This document shows, in pieces, positions 45,671 through 56,576 of a stretch of 64,000 nucleotides of DNA. This stretch comes from a virus. Taxonomy: Duplodnaviria > Caudoviricetes. Each line of letters starts with the position of its first letter. Position 1 is the stretch's first letter. Location of the stretch: IMG/VR virus record IMGVR_UViG_3300025016_000004, one strand, 5' to 3'. Both the position numbers and the translations under genes were made by a program. The notes beneath the pieces were generated by a model. It saw nothing but the letters and a program-made list of their open reading frames with translations, was not told the DNA's origin and searched no databases.

Positions 45671-46581
45671 GCGGAAATTACGGGACAGTTAGACCAGCCG
45701 ATGTATCATTAGATGATATTGAAGTTTTCTTGCATTACACCCCATCTAGAAATCAAATAGGTGACACTACATTAACGAAATTAAACACGAATGATGTTTT
45801 ATCACAAATGAATAACCCAAATAATACAGGTTCTGTAGAAATTTTTGGTGGAATGTATACATTAACTTTATCTAAAACAGTTTTTAGTGAAAAGGGTATA
45901 TATACCATCTCAATCAAGCCAATTGAGATTAGAACTACTATTTTAGATTGTGGTGTATTAGCCGCTAAGTCAGATGTTAAAGGGTTGATATTTGATACGG
46001 CATCAGCTAATTTAAGTGGTCAGTTCTCATCAAGATTTAGAAATAACGGTTTAGTTGGGTATAGAGTGGAATATTTAAGCAATGATAACGCTGATGGTGA
46101 TGTTAAAGTTAGGAATTTCTTTAGAATAATCACATCAAATAACAGGGTGGATGTAGTTAACCAAAATTTAACCAATACAAATCAAAAAGCTGTGAGATAT
46201 AATTTTAATGATAATTCTACTTTAGTTTTTTGTACAGTAACCCCAAGTTCAAGTTCTAGTGTAAAACCTAATGTATTGCCATTTATAGGTGAGCCTAATC
46301 AAGATGTAATTATAACTAATACTTTTTTTAACCCAATTCAAATTGAGATTGAAATGGTTGAGCATGATATAGAAACAATAGCATATGGTATATATGGACC
46401 ACAAAGCAAGTCAATGGAAGATGGTGTTTTCACGAATTATACATTTGATAAACAAATTTATAAACAATATAATTTATTTGAAATTAAAGACCAATTTACT
46501 GGTGAGCCTTTATTTGAAATAAGAGAACCTAAAACAAATATTGATTTTAGCAAAGATTTTGATAATATCAGTAATGTGTAA
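45667..46581 (+). CDS. Putative virion structural protein
   Basis: 304 aa; YGTVRPADVS N-terminus; baseplate operon context. Confidence 0.7.
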   Translation: MSGNYGTVRPADVSLDDIEVFLHYTPSRNQIGDTTLTKLNTNDVLSQMNNPNNTGSVEIFGGMYTLTLSKTVFSEKGIYTISIKPIEIRTTILDCGVLAAKSDVKGLIFDTASANLSGQFSSRFRNNGLVGYRVEYLSNDNADGDVKVRNFFRIITSNNRVDVVNQNLTNTNQKAVRYNFNDNSTLVFCTVTPSSSSSVKPNVLPFIGEPNQDVIITNTFFNPIQIEIEMVEHDIETIAYGIYGPQSKSMEDGVFTNYTFDKQIYKQYNLFEIKDQFTGEPLFEIREPKTNIDFSKDFDNISNV

Positions 46582-46624
46582 TTATAAATTAACTGAATAA
46601 AATAGTAATGTTAAATGAAATTAT

Positions 46625-49558
46625 ATGAGTCGTATTAAAGTAGTAGGTTATGCTAAAAAAGAAGTTTTTGGCAATGGAATAGAGTATAGAAATTTCTCAC
46701 CAGATTTAGTTGGAAATCAATTTGGTGCAGCTGAAGGTACCCCTATTTTTACTTCTGGAAGTTTTAATATATCAACAAATATTGATAGTAAGGTTGATAA
46801 AAACTTTGTTACTAATAATTTCACTAATTTTTTATCTTTAGAAACATTAAATTTAGACTCAACACTAGAAAGTGTTATTACTAAATACTCTAAAAACGCA
46901 AAACTTAATTTAGATTATAATGACGCTTTAACATTTGCGTTTTTTGGGTCATTAAGAGAATATATTAGAGTTTCTTTAGAAAATATAATAATAAAATGGC
47001 CAGCATCGTTATACATTAGAGAAGTTGATGAAACTGACCCTTCATTAACAGGTAACACTGTAACTGATTATATATATAACCCATCATCAAATTCAAGTAC
47101 GTTTAATATTGATACAGCTAGAATAGAAAATAAATTCAGTATAAATTTTCTAAGTGGTGGTACAATCGAAAATACATTTAATGAGAGTAATACGTTAAGA
47201 AATTTAGTTTTAAATTATAGTAGTTATGTAATTTCAACGTCAGGTGGAACATACCCGATAATAAGTTTATCTGGAGCTTCAGCTTTAACAAACTCAATTA
47301 TTTCAGTGGCAGTAAATGGGAATCCATTCCCTGATTCTGGAACTACCATAATAAATTACCATATAAAACCTAACGACACTAGAATTGAAGAATTTTTCTT
47401 CAATATAAATGAGTTTGAGAATAATTTACTAAACCGTTTAACGATTCCATTATACACTAGTAGTTTTAAAGTTTACAATGAAAGTCAAACTGGTGATATT
47501 ATTGAAACTATTAAAAAATTAACATGGCCAATATCAGATGGGTATAATATTGATTTTAATTCGATATCGTATGTTAATTTTGTAAATCAATTATTAAATA
47601 TAGCGGACATCAACGATAATTCAAAATCTAATTTAATGGTTAGATTCTTGGTATCTACATCTATTTCAGAATTCGATAGTATTGCTGATATTAATGGCAC
47701 ATACCCAGATTCAAATGGCCAAAAAATGACCAGTACTCTTAAAATTTATGGTAGAGAATTTGATGAGATTAAAAAATATTCGGATGGTATTAGATTTGCT
47801 AATACGGTTACTTATGATAAGAAAAATAACACACCTGATGCAGTGCTTAAAAACCTCGCAAGAATATTAGGTTGGGAATTAACTTCTTCTATATCACAAG
47901 TTGACGTGTTAGGTAATTTTTTATCATTAAATAATAGTTATTATGATGGTCATTCTAGAGGTTATAGCGATGCTGAATCTGAAATTGAATTATGGAGAAG
48001 AGTTGTTCTAAATACACCTTGGCTTTGGAAATCTAAAGGTACTAGGAAGGCGATTGAATTCTTATTTAAATTCATAGGTGCTCCAGATGGTTTAGTGGCC
48101 TTTAATGAGTACCTATACGTTGCTGATAAACCAGTAAATGTTGAGTTGGTAACTGAAATGATGAACCATTTCAATAATACCACTGATATTTCAACAATAC
48201 ACATCGATTCTGAAGGGTATCCAAAAGTATTTCCTGATACACCAGACATGTATTTCCAAAAAGCTGGTTTATGGTATAGACAAACAGGTGGCCCTGCGCC
48301 AGATATAGATATTTTAGCTGGAAATAACCCACATATCGGGCCTTATGATGGTGGCCAAGCATATATAGACCAATTTAGAGGTTGTTTAGTACCTAATTAT
48401 AGTGCTACTACCGCTGAAGAAGTAAATATTGATGCTGAAATCAATTTATTTACTAATTATGCAAATGGAACATTCGATGAATGCTGTGATGCTGATGTTT
48501 TAGTGGTACTTGACACTGACCATGATTTTGATTCAATATTAACAACAAACTTAAATCAAATATATGATAATAATCCAGTTAATGAAACTGGGTGTACTAT
48601 AACAAATATTTGGACCTTAACAGCGTCATTAACTGGTGAAACATTCCATACTTATATATTCCCTGTGACTGGTTCTACTGCAATAACGCAAGGTGAATAT
48701 GTTACTGGATTGTTTTCTATAGCTGAATCACCTTTAAGTGCATCAACATTAAGTGGTGCTACATATACTAGTGGTGATACAACATTTACAATTACAGGTC
48801 CAAACGGTTGTGATAGTGAATTATTAAACACCTATTTTAAAATCCAATTATGTCTTGATTCAACTTATGATTGTATTGATTTAACCCCATTAAGTGCTTT
48901 AACGGCATTTAATGTTAGTTTGCAAACAGATGACGCATGTAATCCAGTGGCTGCTTTACCTTTAATAAGGACTTATTATCATAATGGTAGCGGTATATTA
49001 CCAACATTTGGTGATACAGTATATTCAGATATAAATGGAATAAACACTGTAAGTCATTCAGCTGCAACTCAAGTTTATATGGGTGGTAATTATACTAGCG
49101 TAGCTAATTGGTTACAAACAAACACTAGTGGTGTCAGAGAAGTAATAATTTGCCCAGTAATTACTTGTGATGTAGACGTTAAGATACTTACTAATATAAA
49201 TACTGGGGTTAAATCATTCACTATTGATGGCCTTACCGCCACAACTTACGCTACAATTACGTTTAATTTAAGTAATGTGGTTAAAAGTCCAGAAACAAAG
49301 TTAAGAATAGCAATATCTAATTCATCTTACATTTTTACTTTAAATCCAACAAATACGGTGCATACATTAACTAATATTCCATTAACCCCTAATTCAGAGT
49401 ATAATGGCGTTTACGATTTCTTTATAACACCAGTAATAACAGCAACTGGAGCTGCAAGTGGTAAGGTAACCATGCATTTAGATTCATTGAATTCAGGTTC
49501 TCAATGTGTTGGTGTTACATCTAAATCAATAGATTTAAGTATTAATAATTTACAATAA
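46625..49558 (+). CDS. Baseplate wedge-like protein (gp7 / P2 gpI-like segment) with long C-terminal extension
   Basis: ELWRRVVLNTPWLWKSKGTRKAIEFL motif; Thr/Ser/Gly-rich beta-type C-terminus. Confidence 0.6.
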   Translation: MSRIKVVGYAKKEVFGNGIEYRNFSPDLVGNQFGAAEGTPIFTSGSFNISTNIDSKVDKNFVTNNFTNFLSLETLNLDSTLESVITKYSKNAKLNLDYNDALTFAFFGSLREYIRVSLENIIIKWPASLYIREVDETDPSLTGNTVTDYIYNPSSNSSTFNIDTARIENKFSINFLSGGTIENTFNESNTLRNLVLNYSSYVISTSGGTYPIISLSGASALTNSIISVAVNGNPFPDSGTTIINYHIKPNDTRIEEFFFNINEFENNLLNRLTIPLYTSSFKVYNESQTGDIIETIKKLTWPISDGYNIDFNSISYVNFVNQLLNIADINDNSKSNLMVRFLVSTSISEFDSIADINGTYPDSNGQKMTSTLKIYGREFDEIKKYSDGIRFANTVTYDKKNNTPDAVLKNLARILGWELTSSISQVDVLGNFLSLNNSYYDGHSRGYSDAESEIELWRRVVLNTPWLWKSKGTRKAIEFLFKFIGAPDGLVAFNEYLYVADKPVNVELVTEMMNHFNNTTDISTIHIDSEGYPKVFPDTPDMYFQKAGLWYRQTGGPAPDIDILAGNNPHIGPYDGGQAYIDQFRGCLVPNYSATTAEEVNIDAEINLFTNYANGTFDECCDADVLVVLDTDHDFDSILTTNLNQIYDNNPVNETGCTITNIWTLTASLTGETFHTYIFPVTGSTAITQGEYVTGLFSIAESPLSASTLSGATYTSGDTTFTITGPNGCDSELLNTYFKIQLCLDSTYDCIDLTPLSALTAFNVSLQTDDACNPVAALPLIRTYYHNGSGILPTFGDTVYSDINGINTVSHSAATQVYMGGNYTSVANWLQTNTSGVREVIICPVITCDVDVKILTNINTGVKSFTIDGLTATTYATITFNLSNVVKSPETKLRIAISNSSYIFTLNPTNTVHTLTNIPLTPNSEYNGVYDFFITPVITATGAASGKVTMHLDSLNSGSQCVGVTSKSIDLSINNLQ

Positions 49559-50649
49559 TGAGTATAACAGGGAGAACAAATACATGTCAAATTTTAACTA
49601 ACACACCATTTGTGTTATCAGGGTTATCACAAACCAATCTATCAACTATTAATATAACTGATGTAAATGGTTTAGATGTTTCTCAATGCTTTGGTATTAC
49701 ATCAAAAATAGTTACTGTATCAGGCACTAATGTTATTTTAAGCGGTGATTGTAATACTAGTTTAGAAATTAATATAACAGAAGGTGTTACGAATCCAGTT
49801 GAATGTTTGTATACTGCTGTTACACAACAACAAAATGGTATACTTTTATTTAATTTTGTTGATGGGACAATTTCAGATAATATTCACCCAGAATGTTGTA
49901 CAGCGTTAGAAGGTTTCCCTGAAATAGGACCTAAAAATTATTATATTTGTAGAACAGTACCAGAAATATGTATTGAATGCTGTTCAGCTTACACACCAAC
50001 AAATACATTTGAGGGTCTATACCAAATATTTGATTTTGTAACTGGTGGTACCGTAACTACAGTTCCTAGTGCGCAATGTTGTTATGATTATGGATTTGTT
50101 GAAAGTATCGTAGGTGACCAAATTAAATGTATTGAATATGTGACGCCTGACCCATGTGAAGGATTAATAATTGTTGAGCCAGTACCACAGTATGGTGACA
50201 TTACTTTCGTAAATCCATCAACTAACGTTCAAACTACTTTGGTACCAACAGCTGAATGTTGTACTTCATTAGGTTATAGTTATGCTATTAGTGGAACTAA
50301 ATTTACATGTTTCAATTCAATAGCTTCACCACCAACGGTAATTATAACAAACGACTCATGTTGTTTACAGACTCAAATAACTTATTATTATGCTTTCGCT
50401 AGAGAATGCACCGATAGTGCTAGAGTAAGTGATGGTGTATTAGGTGATGTGGTAGTTAGAACTACAACAAATATAACAAATTGGAGTCATATTTTAATTC
50501 CTAGATATTTTGGAGATACAGGAGCTGTTTTTGAATTTTATGCGGGATTAACAACTAAAGATAATTATGATAATAATGCTGGGGATTACCCATCTATTGA
50601 TTTGGATACAATAACAGGCGTTGAAGAAAGAACCTCATGTTCTAATTAA
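49558..50649 (+). CDS. Cys-rich tail-associated protein
   Basis: 363 aa with five CC-containing repeats. Confidence 0.7.
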   Translation: MSITGRTNTCQILTNTPFVLSGLSQTNLSTINITDVNGLDVSQCFGITSKIVTVSGTNVILSGDCNTSLEINITEGVTNPVECLYTAVTQQQNGILLFNFVDGTISDNIHPECCTALEGFPEIGPKNYYICRTVPEICIECCSAYTPTNTFEGLYQIFDFVTGGTVTTVPSAQCCYDYGFVESIVGDQIKCIEYVTPDPCEGLIIVEPVPQYGDITFVNPSTNVQTTLVPTAECCTSLGYSYAISGTKFTCFNSIASPPTVIITNDSCCLQTQITYYYAFARECTDSARVSDGVLGDVVVRTTTNITNWSHILIPRYFGDTGAVFEFYAGLTTKDNYDNNAGDYPSIDLDTITGVEERTSCSN

Positions 50650-50662
50650 ATAATATAAAAAT

Positions 50663-51298
50663 ATGTGTGTAATAAATATATCATTAAACCCAACTACACC
50701 AGCTGGTACAACGATAACTAACAGAAATGGTAGGTATAGGAAAGTTGGTACGACAACATGGACTAATTTTACCATATCATCAAACTCTTATACACTTAAT
50801 GTAAATGATTTAGGTCAATATGAATTACAAGTTAATGTAACTAACAGTCTAGGTGTTGTTAGCTCTTGGGCTTCAAGCACATTTTCGGTAACAACTGATT
50901 GTGGTGCAACAACTACTACTGCCACTACGGTCACTAATTCTGGTATTTTTAATAATGGAACAACACTTACACATAGTCATGTTTTACCATCAGCAGACCC
51001 AGCTTCTACAATAAAAACTGGTACTTTAACGGTAACAGGTAGTAAAACATATAAAATTACTGTCAAAAATAATTTTAATTATAATAATCTAGGTACAGGT
51101 AGTTTAAAATTAGAAAGAAATGGTGGCACTATTTTAGGTACAATAACAGTATCTACAGATGGTACTTCTAATACAAAAACATCAGTTAGTAGTTTAGTGG
51201 TGCCAGCTGGAACTTATACTTATACATTAACTTCTTGGTTAGATATCATACCATCAGCCACATCTGGTGCAGTAACAGTTAATATTATAGAAGCATAA
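50663..51298 (+). CDS. Thr-rich tail-associated protein with Ig/FN3-like N-terminal domain
   Basis: GRYRKVGTTTW...YELQVNV pattern. Confidence 0.6.
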   Translation: MCVINISLNPTTPAGTTITNRNGRYRKVGTTTWTNFTISSNSYTLNVNDLGQYELQVNVTNSLGVVSSWASSTFSVTTDCGATTTTATTVTNSGIFNNGTTLTHSHVLPSADPASTIKTGTLTVTGSKTYKITVKNNFNYNNLGTGSLKLERNGGTILGTITVSTDGTSNTKTSVSSLVVPAGTYTYTLTSWLDIIPSATSGAVTVNIIEA

Positions 51299-51311
51299 AA
51301 AGAAATATAGA

Positions 51312-51318
51312 TATTTAT
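51312..51318 (+). promoter_or_regulatory. TATTTAT putative late-promoter motif
   Basis: 12 nt upstream of ATG 51331. Confidence 0.5.
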
Positions 51319-51330
51319 TAAAAAAGCATA

Positions 51331-53001
51331 ATGGAAGTAACAAACTGTACAGATATTAACGGAGTCGCATTAAATGAAGTTCAATTTAATGTAGATGGTA
51401 CTGTTGTTGGGATAATTGATAACAATGGGGTTCCAGCAACAAGTAAACTTAGTTATGATTGCTGTATAGCTCAAGGATATACATTTGACCCAAATGATGC
51501 AAAATGTTATTGGGCACCTAGTTGTTTGAGTGGTGGTACATTTAATATAGTATTAGACCCAGAAGGTAATACAGGTGCGTTATTCCAAGTTGATGATATT
51601 GAACAAACATTATGTCATTTAGAAATTAGTTTTAAGTTTTTATTGAAAATTGATTGCGAAAGTATACCAGTAGATGGTTTACGAGACCTATTAGAAACAC
51701 TTAAATTAACGGTTAATCTTGATAAAGTTATTTATAATGAAGCTTTACCTATACCTAATAATTTGCAAAATGTATCATCACAAGATTTATTCAATATAAC
51801 AGATATTTTCAATTTTTTAAGCGGAAACACAAACACAGGTATATTATTAAATGGTAATTGTGATTATGTAATTACAAATTTTTTAAATTCATTATCACCA
51901 AATCAAAGCGTTGTAAATGAATTCTCACTTAATTCAGATTGGTTAGAATTTAAGATGGTGGTTGATAATCCACCTATATTACAATCAATTTTTAATGAAA
52001 GACTTAAGGTTTCAATAACAGGTAATCAATTAAAGAATTTTTCCATATTACTTGATGATGTGCAATTAAATAGAGTATGTGATGTACCAACACCACCTAA
52101 AGCATTTAATGAAGCATGCCCTCAATTTGAATTAAAACGAATTATTGATAATAAAAAATCTTGGGTTAAAAATACTGAATTAGAATTAAGGCAATTTGAT
52201 TTAGAAAGAAGAATAACTACCTACAATATAAACCATGAAAACCTATCAATCAACACAAAGGAAGTTGATTTAGCAATTAACCCAGCACAAGCAATTGAAA
52301 ATGATGTGGTTAATACAGTGGTTAATAACGATTGTATATTAGGGCCGCTTACTGGAGTTACTGGTGCAACAAGTCATGAATATATTGATTTAAGACCTTT
52401 AATTACAACTGAAGTTATTAATAATGACGATTTAATTTCGATGCTAATTGACGTTAAAAATAGGAAAACTATTAATGGTTATCCAACATTAGATTTAGTT
52501 TATTATAGATACCTAAATGCTGATGTACGTTGTAGTGGTTCTACCAGCAATACACTAAATTCAGATTCAATAAATCAATTCATTGAGTTAATTGGTACAT
52601 ATTGGTTAGATTTATTAGAACAAATAGTTCCAGCAACAACAATTTGGGGTTCATCATTAACCAATAGTGATTCTGGTGTATTTAATGGTGGTGGAAGTGG
52701 AACCAATAAATTTGTTTATAGAAAAGGCACAACATTATTTTGTAATGCAATAAATTATTCAGTACCTAGCCCAGTTTCAGGTGGAACAGTTTATTATGAT
52801 GTAGTGACAGAAGATATAACAGATACTACAACTATCACTACAACTACTTGTAATTTAATAGCCGTTAGACAGTTGAATTATGGTTCAGAATTTATAGGCA
52901 CCGTTAATATAATAGGCGATGGTGAAGGTCCTGTTACAGGTGATACAATTTCAATAACTGAAACAATTGAAGATTCTTGTAATTTATACGAAACTTGTTA
53001 G
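51331..53001 (+). CDS. Putative virion structural protein
   Basis: 556 aa; LSINTKEVDL and WLDLLEQIVPATTIW motifs. Confidence 0.7.
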   Translation: MEVTNCTDINGVALNEVQFNVDGTVVGIIDNNGVPATSKLSYDCCIAQGYTFDPNDAKCYWAPSCLSGGTFNIVLDPEGNTGALFQVDDIEQTLCHLEISFKFLLKIDCESIPVDGLRDLLETLKLTVNLDKVIYNEALPIPNNLQNVSSQDLFNITDIFNFLSGNTNTGILLNGNCDYVITNFLNSLSPNQSVVNEFSLNSDWLEFKMVVDNPPILQSIFNERLKVSITGNQLKNFSILLDDVQLNRVCDVPTPPKAFNEACPQFELKRIIDNKKSWVKNTELELRQFDLERRITTYNINHENLSINTKEVDLAINPAQAIENDVVNTVVNNDCILGPLTGVTGATSHEYIDLRPLITTEVINNDDLISMLIDVKNRKTINGYPTLDLVYYRYLNADVRCSGSTSNTLNSDSINQFIELIGTYWLDLLEQIVPATTIWGSSLTNSDSGVFNGGGSGTNKFVYRKGTTLFCNAINYSVPSPVSGGTVYYDVVTEDITDTTTITTTTCNLIAVRQLNYGSEFIGTVNIIGDGEGPVTGDTISITETIEDSCNLYETC

Positions 53002-53066
53002 AGTTTAAAGCTAAGTAATTTCAAACCTTTCTTATCAATTTTCAAGTATTTTAATCTAAATTTTTA

Positions 53067-53073
53067 TATTTAT
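53067..53073 (+). promoter_or_regulatory. TATTTAT putative late-promoter motif
   Basis: 14 nt upstream of ATG 53088. Confidence 0.5.
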
Positions 53074-53087
53074 ATAAAAAGTAACTG

Positions 53088-56000
53088 ATGAGTATAGAAT
53101 CCATTTACAATAAAATAAATAACATTACTGATGGCGGTAGGAATACTGCCGCTGAAATGAGAGCTGTTTTAAGTGATATAACAGAACAATTTTCAGCTAC
53201 AACCGCATTTTCAGGTACTACAGATAACGTACCAGAAGGTAGTGGTAATTTATATTATACTGACACTAGAGTTGACGCCAAATTACTTGATTATTCATTA
53301 ACTGGTCATACACATAATTTATCTGAATTAAATAATGACGTAGGATATTTAACTGGTGCAACAAGTACAGCTGATGATTATGTAACAGGTTCTACTTTCA
53401 ATACAACCACTGGGTTATTAGAATTTACTAGATTATCTGGCGATACTTTTAACGTTAACCTTGATGGTAGATACCTAACAGGTTATACCCCAACTGTAAA
53501 TACTGATGATTACATAACTTCAGCCACTTTCAATTCATCAACTGGCGAAGTAACACTTACAAGAGTTTCAGGTGGAACTGTTGTAACTAATTTAGATAAT
53601 AGATATTCATTAACTGGCCATACTCATACTGATTATGTATTAAATAGTTATTTTAATACTCACACTGGTGATACAAGCGTTCATTACACTAAATCATCAA
53701 TAAATTTATCTGATTTAGGTGCAACTGGCCACACACATACAGTATCTAATATAACAGACTTCCCAACAAATTTAAGTTATTTTACAAATGATAGTGGTTA
53801 TTTAACTGGTGCAACAAATACAACTGATTTTATTAGTCATACAGGTGATACTACAATACATTATGCGATGAGTGGTATTAGTATTAATGAATCTCAAATA
53901 TCAGATTTAGGGTCATATACAGATGATACAAACTTAAATGCGCATACAGGTGATACAAGTATACATTTCACCAAATCTTCAATAAATTTATCTGATTTAG
54001 GCTCAAGTGCACATACACATACTGAATATTCATTAATTGGTCATAATCATGATATATCTGAAATAACTGGGTTTACTGATAATTCAACTAATTGGAACAC
54101 TGCTTATAGTGATTCAATAACTGGTGTTACAGTAACAGGTTCTGGGACTAAAACTCTTACATTAACTCAAAGAGATGGTAGTACAATAGTAACTAATTTC
54201 ACTGATTTACAAGGCTCAGGTGGTGGAACTGGTGAGGAAATAACTGGCGCAACATTTAACCTATCAACTGGTGATTTAACCCTTATAACAAACTCAGGTA
54301 GTACGATAATAGCTAGTTTAGATGGTAGGTATGCTTTTGATTCTCAATTCATAACACATACTGGTGATACAACAATACATTTTACAAAAGGTAGTATTAA
54401 TTTATCAGACCTAGCTTCAACTGGTCATACACACAATTTATCATTATTAAATAATGATATTGGATTTATAACTGGGTATACAGACACAAATGATAATATA
54501 TATGTTACGGGTTCAACATTTAACACTGGTAACGGTGTATTAACCTTTTCAAATATTTCAGGTGGAACATTTACGGTTGATTTAGATGGAAGATACCTTA
54601 CAGGTTATACTGAGACATCAAATACAGACGATTACGTAAGCTCTGCTGCATTTAATACAACAAATGGTATACTAACCTTAACTAGAATTTCAGGTGGCAC
54701 AGTGACTGTTGATTTGGATGATAGATATAGCCTTACAGGCCATACTCATACAGCATCACAAATAACAGATTTTAGTGATGCGGTAACTGGAAATACAGCG
54801 GTTTTAGCTAATACTGATAAAATATCTTATACAGACGCTACATTAGTTGCTAACACAGCAAGTGGTTTAGTGAGTCATACTGGTGATACAAGTATTCACT
54901 TTACAAAAGGTTCAATTAACCTTAGTGATTTAGGTGCAACTGGTCATACACATAGTGAATATACTTTAAATGCTGTATTGAATAGTCATACTGGTGACAC
55001 TTCTATTCATTATACAAAAGGGTCAATTAATCTTAGTGATTTAGGCTCATCAGCACATACACATACCGTATCTAATATAAGCGATTTCCCAACAAATGTA
55101 AGCTCATTTACAAATGATTCAGGATATATAACTGGATTCACAGATACAAATAATAACGATTATGTAACAAGTGGAGCTTTTGATACTGGAAATGGTAATT
55201 TAACACTTACTAGAGTTTCAGGTGGAACAGTTGTCACTAATTTAGATAATAGATACAGCCTTACAGGACATACACACTCTATTTACGCTTTAGACAGTGA
55301 GTTTACTAGTCATACTGGTGATACATCTATTCATTACGCTAAAAATACAATTAATTTAAGTGAATTAGGTTCTTCAGCTCATACACACGCTATAAGTGAA
55401 TTAAGCGATTTCCCTACAAATGTAAGTTCATTCACAAATGATGCGGGCTATTTAACTGGTTATACTGACACAAATGTATATTTAACTGGAGCAACCGTAA
55501 CTGGTACAACAACCAAATCTATTAATTTATTCCAAAGTGATGGTAGTTTGGTTCAAGCTAGTTTTACAGATTTACAAGGCTCAGGCGGTGGTGGTGACAC
55601 TATAACTGGAGTTACATTTAATACATCAACTGGTGATTTAGATTTAGTAAGTACAGGTAGTACAATTACAGCTAATTTAGATGGAAGATATTCATTAACT
55701 GGTCATACACATAGTGAATATACCTTAGATTCAATATTCAATTCACATACTGGTGATACAAGCATTCATTTTACAAAAGGTAGTATTAATTTATCTGATT
55801 TAGGTAGTTCAGCACATACTCATACTATAAGTAACATAACAGACTTCCCAACCAACGTAAGTTATTTTACTAATGATAGTGGGTATTTAACTGGTTATAC
55901 AGATACAAATGAGTATATTACTGATGGTACGTTTAATACATCAACTGGTAATTTAGACCTTATAACCAATTCAGGTACTACAATTACAGCTAATTTAGAT

Positions 56001-56573
56001 GGAAGGTATTTGGACCTTTCAGCAGCAACAACTATAGTTGAAACATTAGTGGCGACTGGTGGTGAAACACAATGGGTTTTATCATCAACACCATCAAGTG
56101 GGTATTCTCGTACTCTGTTTAATGAAAATATTTACTTGGTTGAAAATGTTGATTGGTCCTTATCAGGTAATACCATAATATTCTCAGGAAGTTCATCACC
56201 TTTAATTTCTGGCGATGTAATTACATTTTATTATCATGATGTTAGCGCACCATTAGCTCAGTTAAATACATATGGTAGAGTTTTTGAAGATAGCGCACTT
56301 TCAGGGACTACAGATATAGATTGGGGTAGTTATGAAACATTTGTTTATACTCTATCAGGGGCAACTGTGTTTAGTGACATAAATCTACCATCAAATGGTA
56401 AAAGTAAAACAATAACAGTATATATGACAGGTAATTTTGCGCCAACATACCCGTCAGGCTGGAGTACATATATTAATGGTACATACAATGGGCTTGTTTT
56501 AAATACCATTGTGGTTGAATATGTAGCATCAAGCACCCCATTTTATAAAGTAATGATAACACAACCCGATTAA
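53088..56573 (+). CDS. Long tail fibre protein with shuffled His-rich repeat modules
   Basis: 1161 aa; 13 H-[TN]-H motifs, 8 HTGDT[ST][IV]H motifs, repeated TFNxxTGxLxLxxxSGxTxxxxLDxRY modules. Confidence 0.8.
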   Translation: MSIESIYNKINNITDGGRNTAAEMRAVLSDITEQFSATTAFSGTTDNVPEGSGNLYYTDTRVDAKLLDYSLTGHTHNLSELNNDVGYLTGATSTADDYVTGSTFNTTTGLLEFTRLSGDTFNVNLDGRYLTGYTPTVNTDDYITSATFNSSTGEVTLTRVSGGTVVTNLDNRYSLTGHTHTDYVLNSYFNTHTGDTSVHYTKSSINLSDLGATGHTHTVSNITDFPTNLSYFTNDSGYLTGATNTTDFISHTGDTTIHYAMSGISINESQISDLGSYTDDTNLNAHTGDTSIHFTKSSINLSDLGSSAHTHTEYSLIGHNHDISEITGFTDNSTNWNTAYSDSITGVTVTGSGTKTLTLTQRDGSTIVTNFTDLQGSGGGTGEEITGATFNLSTGDLTLITNSGSTIIASLDGRYAFDSQFITHTGDTTIHFTKGSINLSDLASTGHTHNLSLLNNDIGFITGYTDTNDNIYVTGSTFNTGNGVLTFSNISGGTFTVDLDGRYLTGYTETSNTDDYVSSAAFNTTNGILTLTRISGGTVTVDLDDRYSLTGHTHTASQITDFSDAVTGNTAVLANTDKISYTDATLVANTASGLVSHTGDTSIHFTKGSINLSDLGATGHTHSEYTLNAVLNSHTGDTSIHYTKGSINLSDLGSSAHTHTVSNISDFPTNVSSFTNDSGYITGFTDTNNNDYVTSGAFDTGNGNLTLTRVSGGTVVTNLDNRYSLTGHTHSIYALDSEFTSHTGDTSIHYAKNTINLSELGSSAHTHAISELSDFPTNVSSFTNDAGYLTGYTDTNVYLTGATVTGTTTKSINLFQSDGSLVQASFTDLQGSGGGGDTITGVTFNTSTGDLDLVSTGSTITANLDGRYSLTGHTHSEYTLDSIFNSHTGDTSIHFTKGSINLSDLGSSAHTHTISNITDFPTNVSYFTNDSGYLTGYTDTNEYITDGTFNTSTGNLDLITNSGTTITANLDGRYLDLSAATTIVETLVATGGETQWVLSSTPSSGYSRTLFNENIYLVENVDWSLSGNTIIFSGSSSPLISGDVITFYYHDVSAPLAQLNTYGRVFEDSALSGTTDIDWGSYETFVYTLSGATVFSDINLPSNGKSKTITVYMTGNFAPTYPSGWSTYINGTYNGLVLNTIVVEYVASSTPFYKVMITQPD
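53290..56010 (+). repeat. Degenerate coding repeats within the tail fibre
   Basis: Recurring DNA units such as CATACTGGTGATACAAGTATTCA and AATTTATCTGATTTAGG-like sequences. Confidence 0.8.
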
Positions 56574-56576
56574 ATT

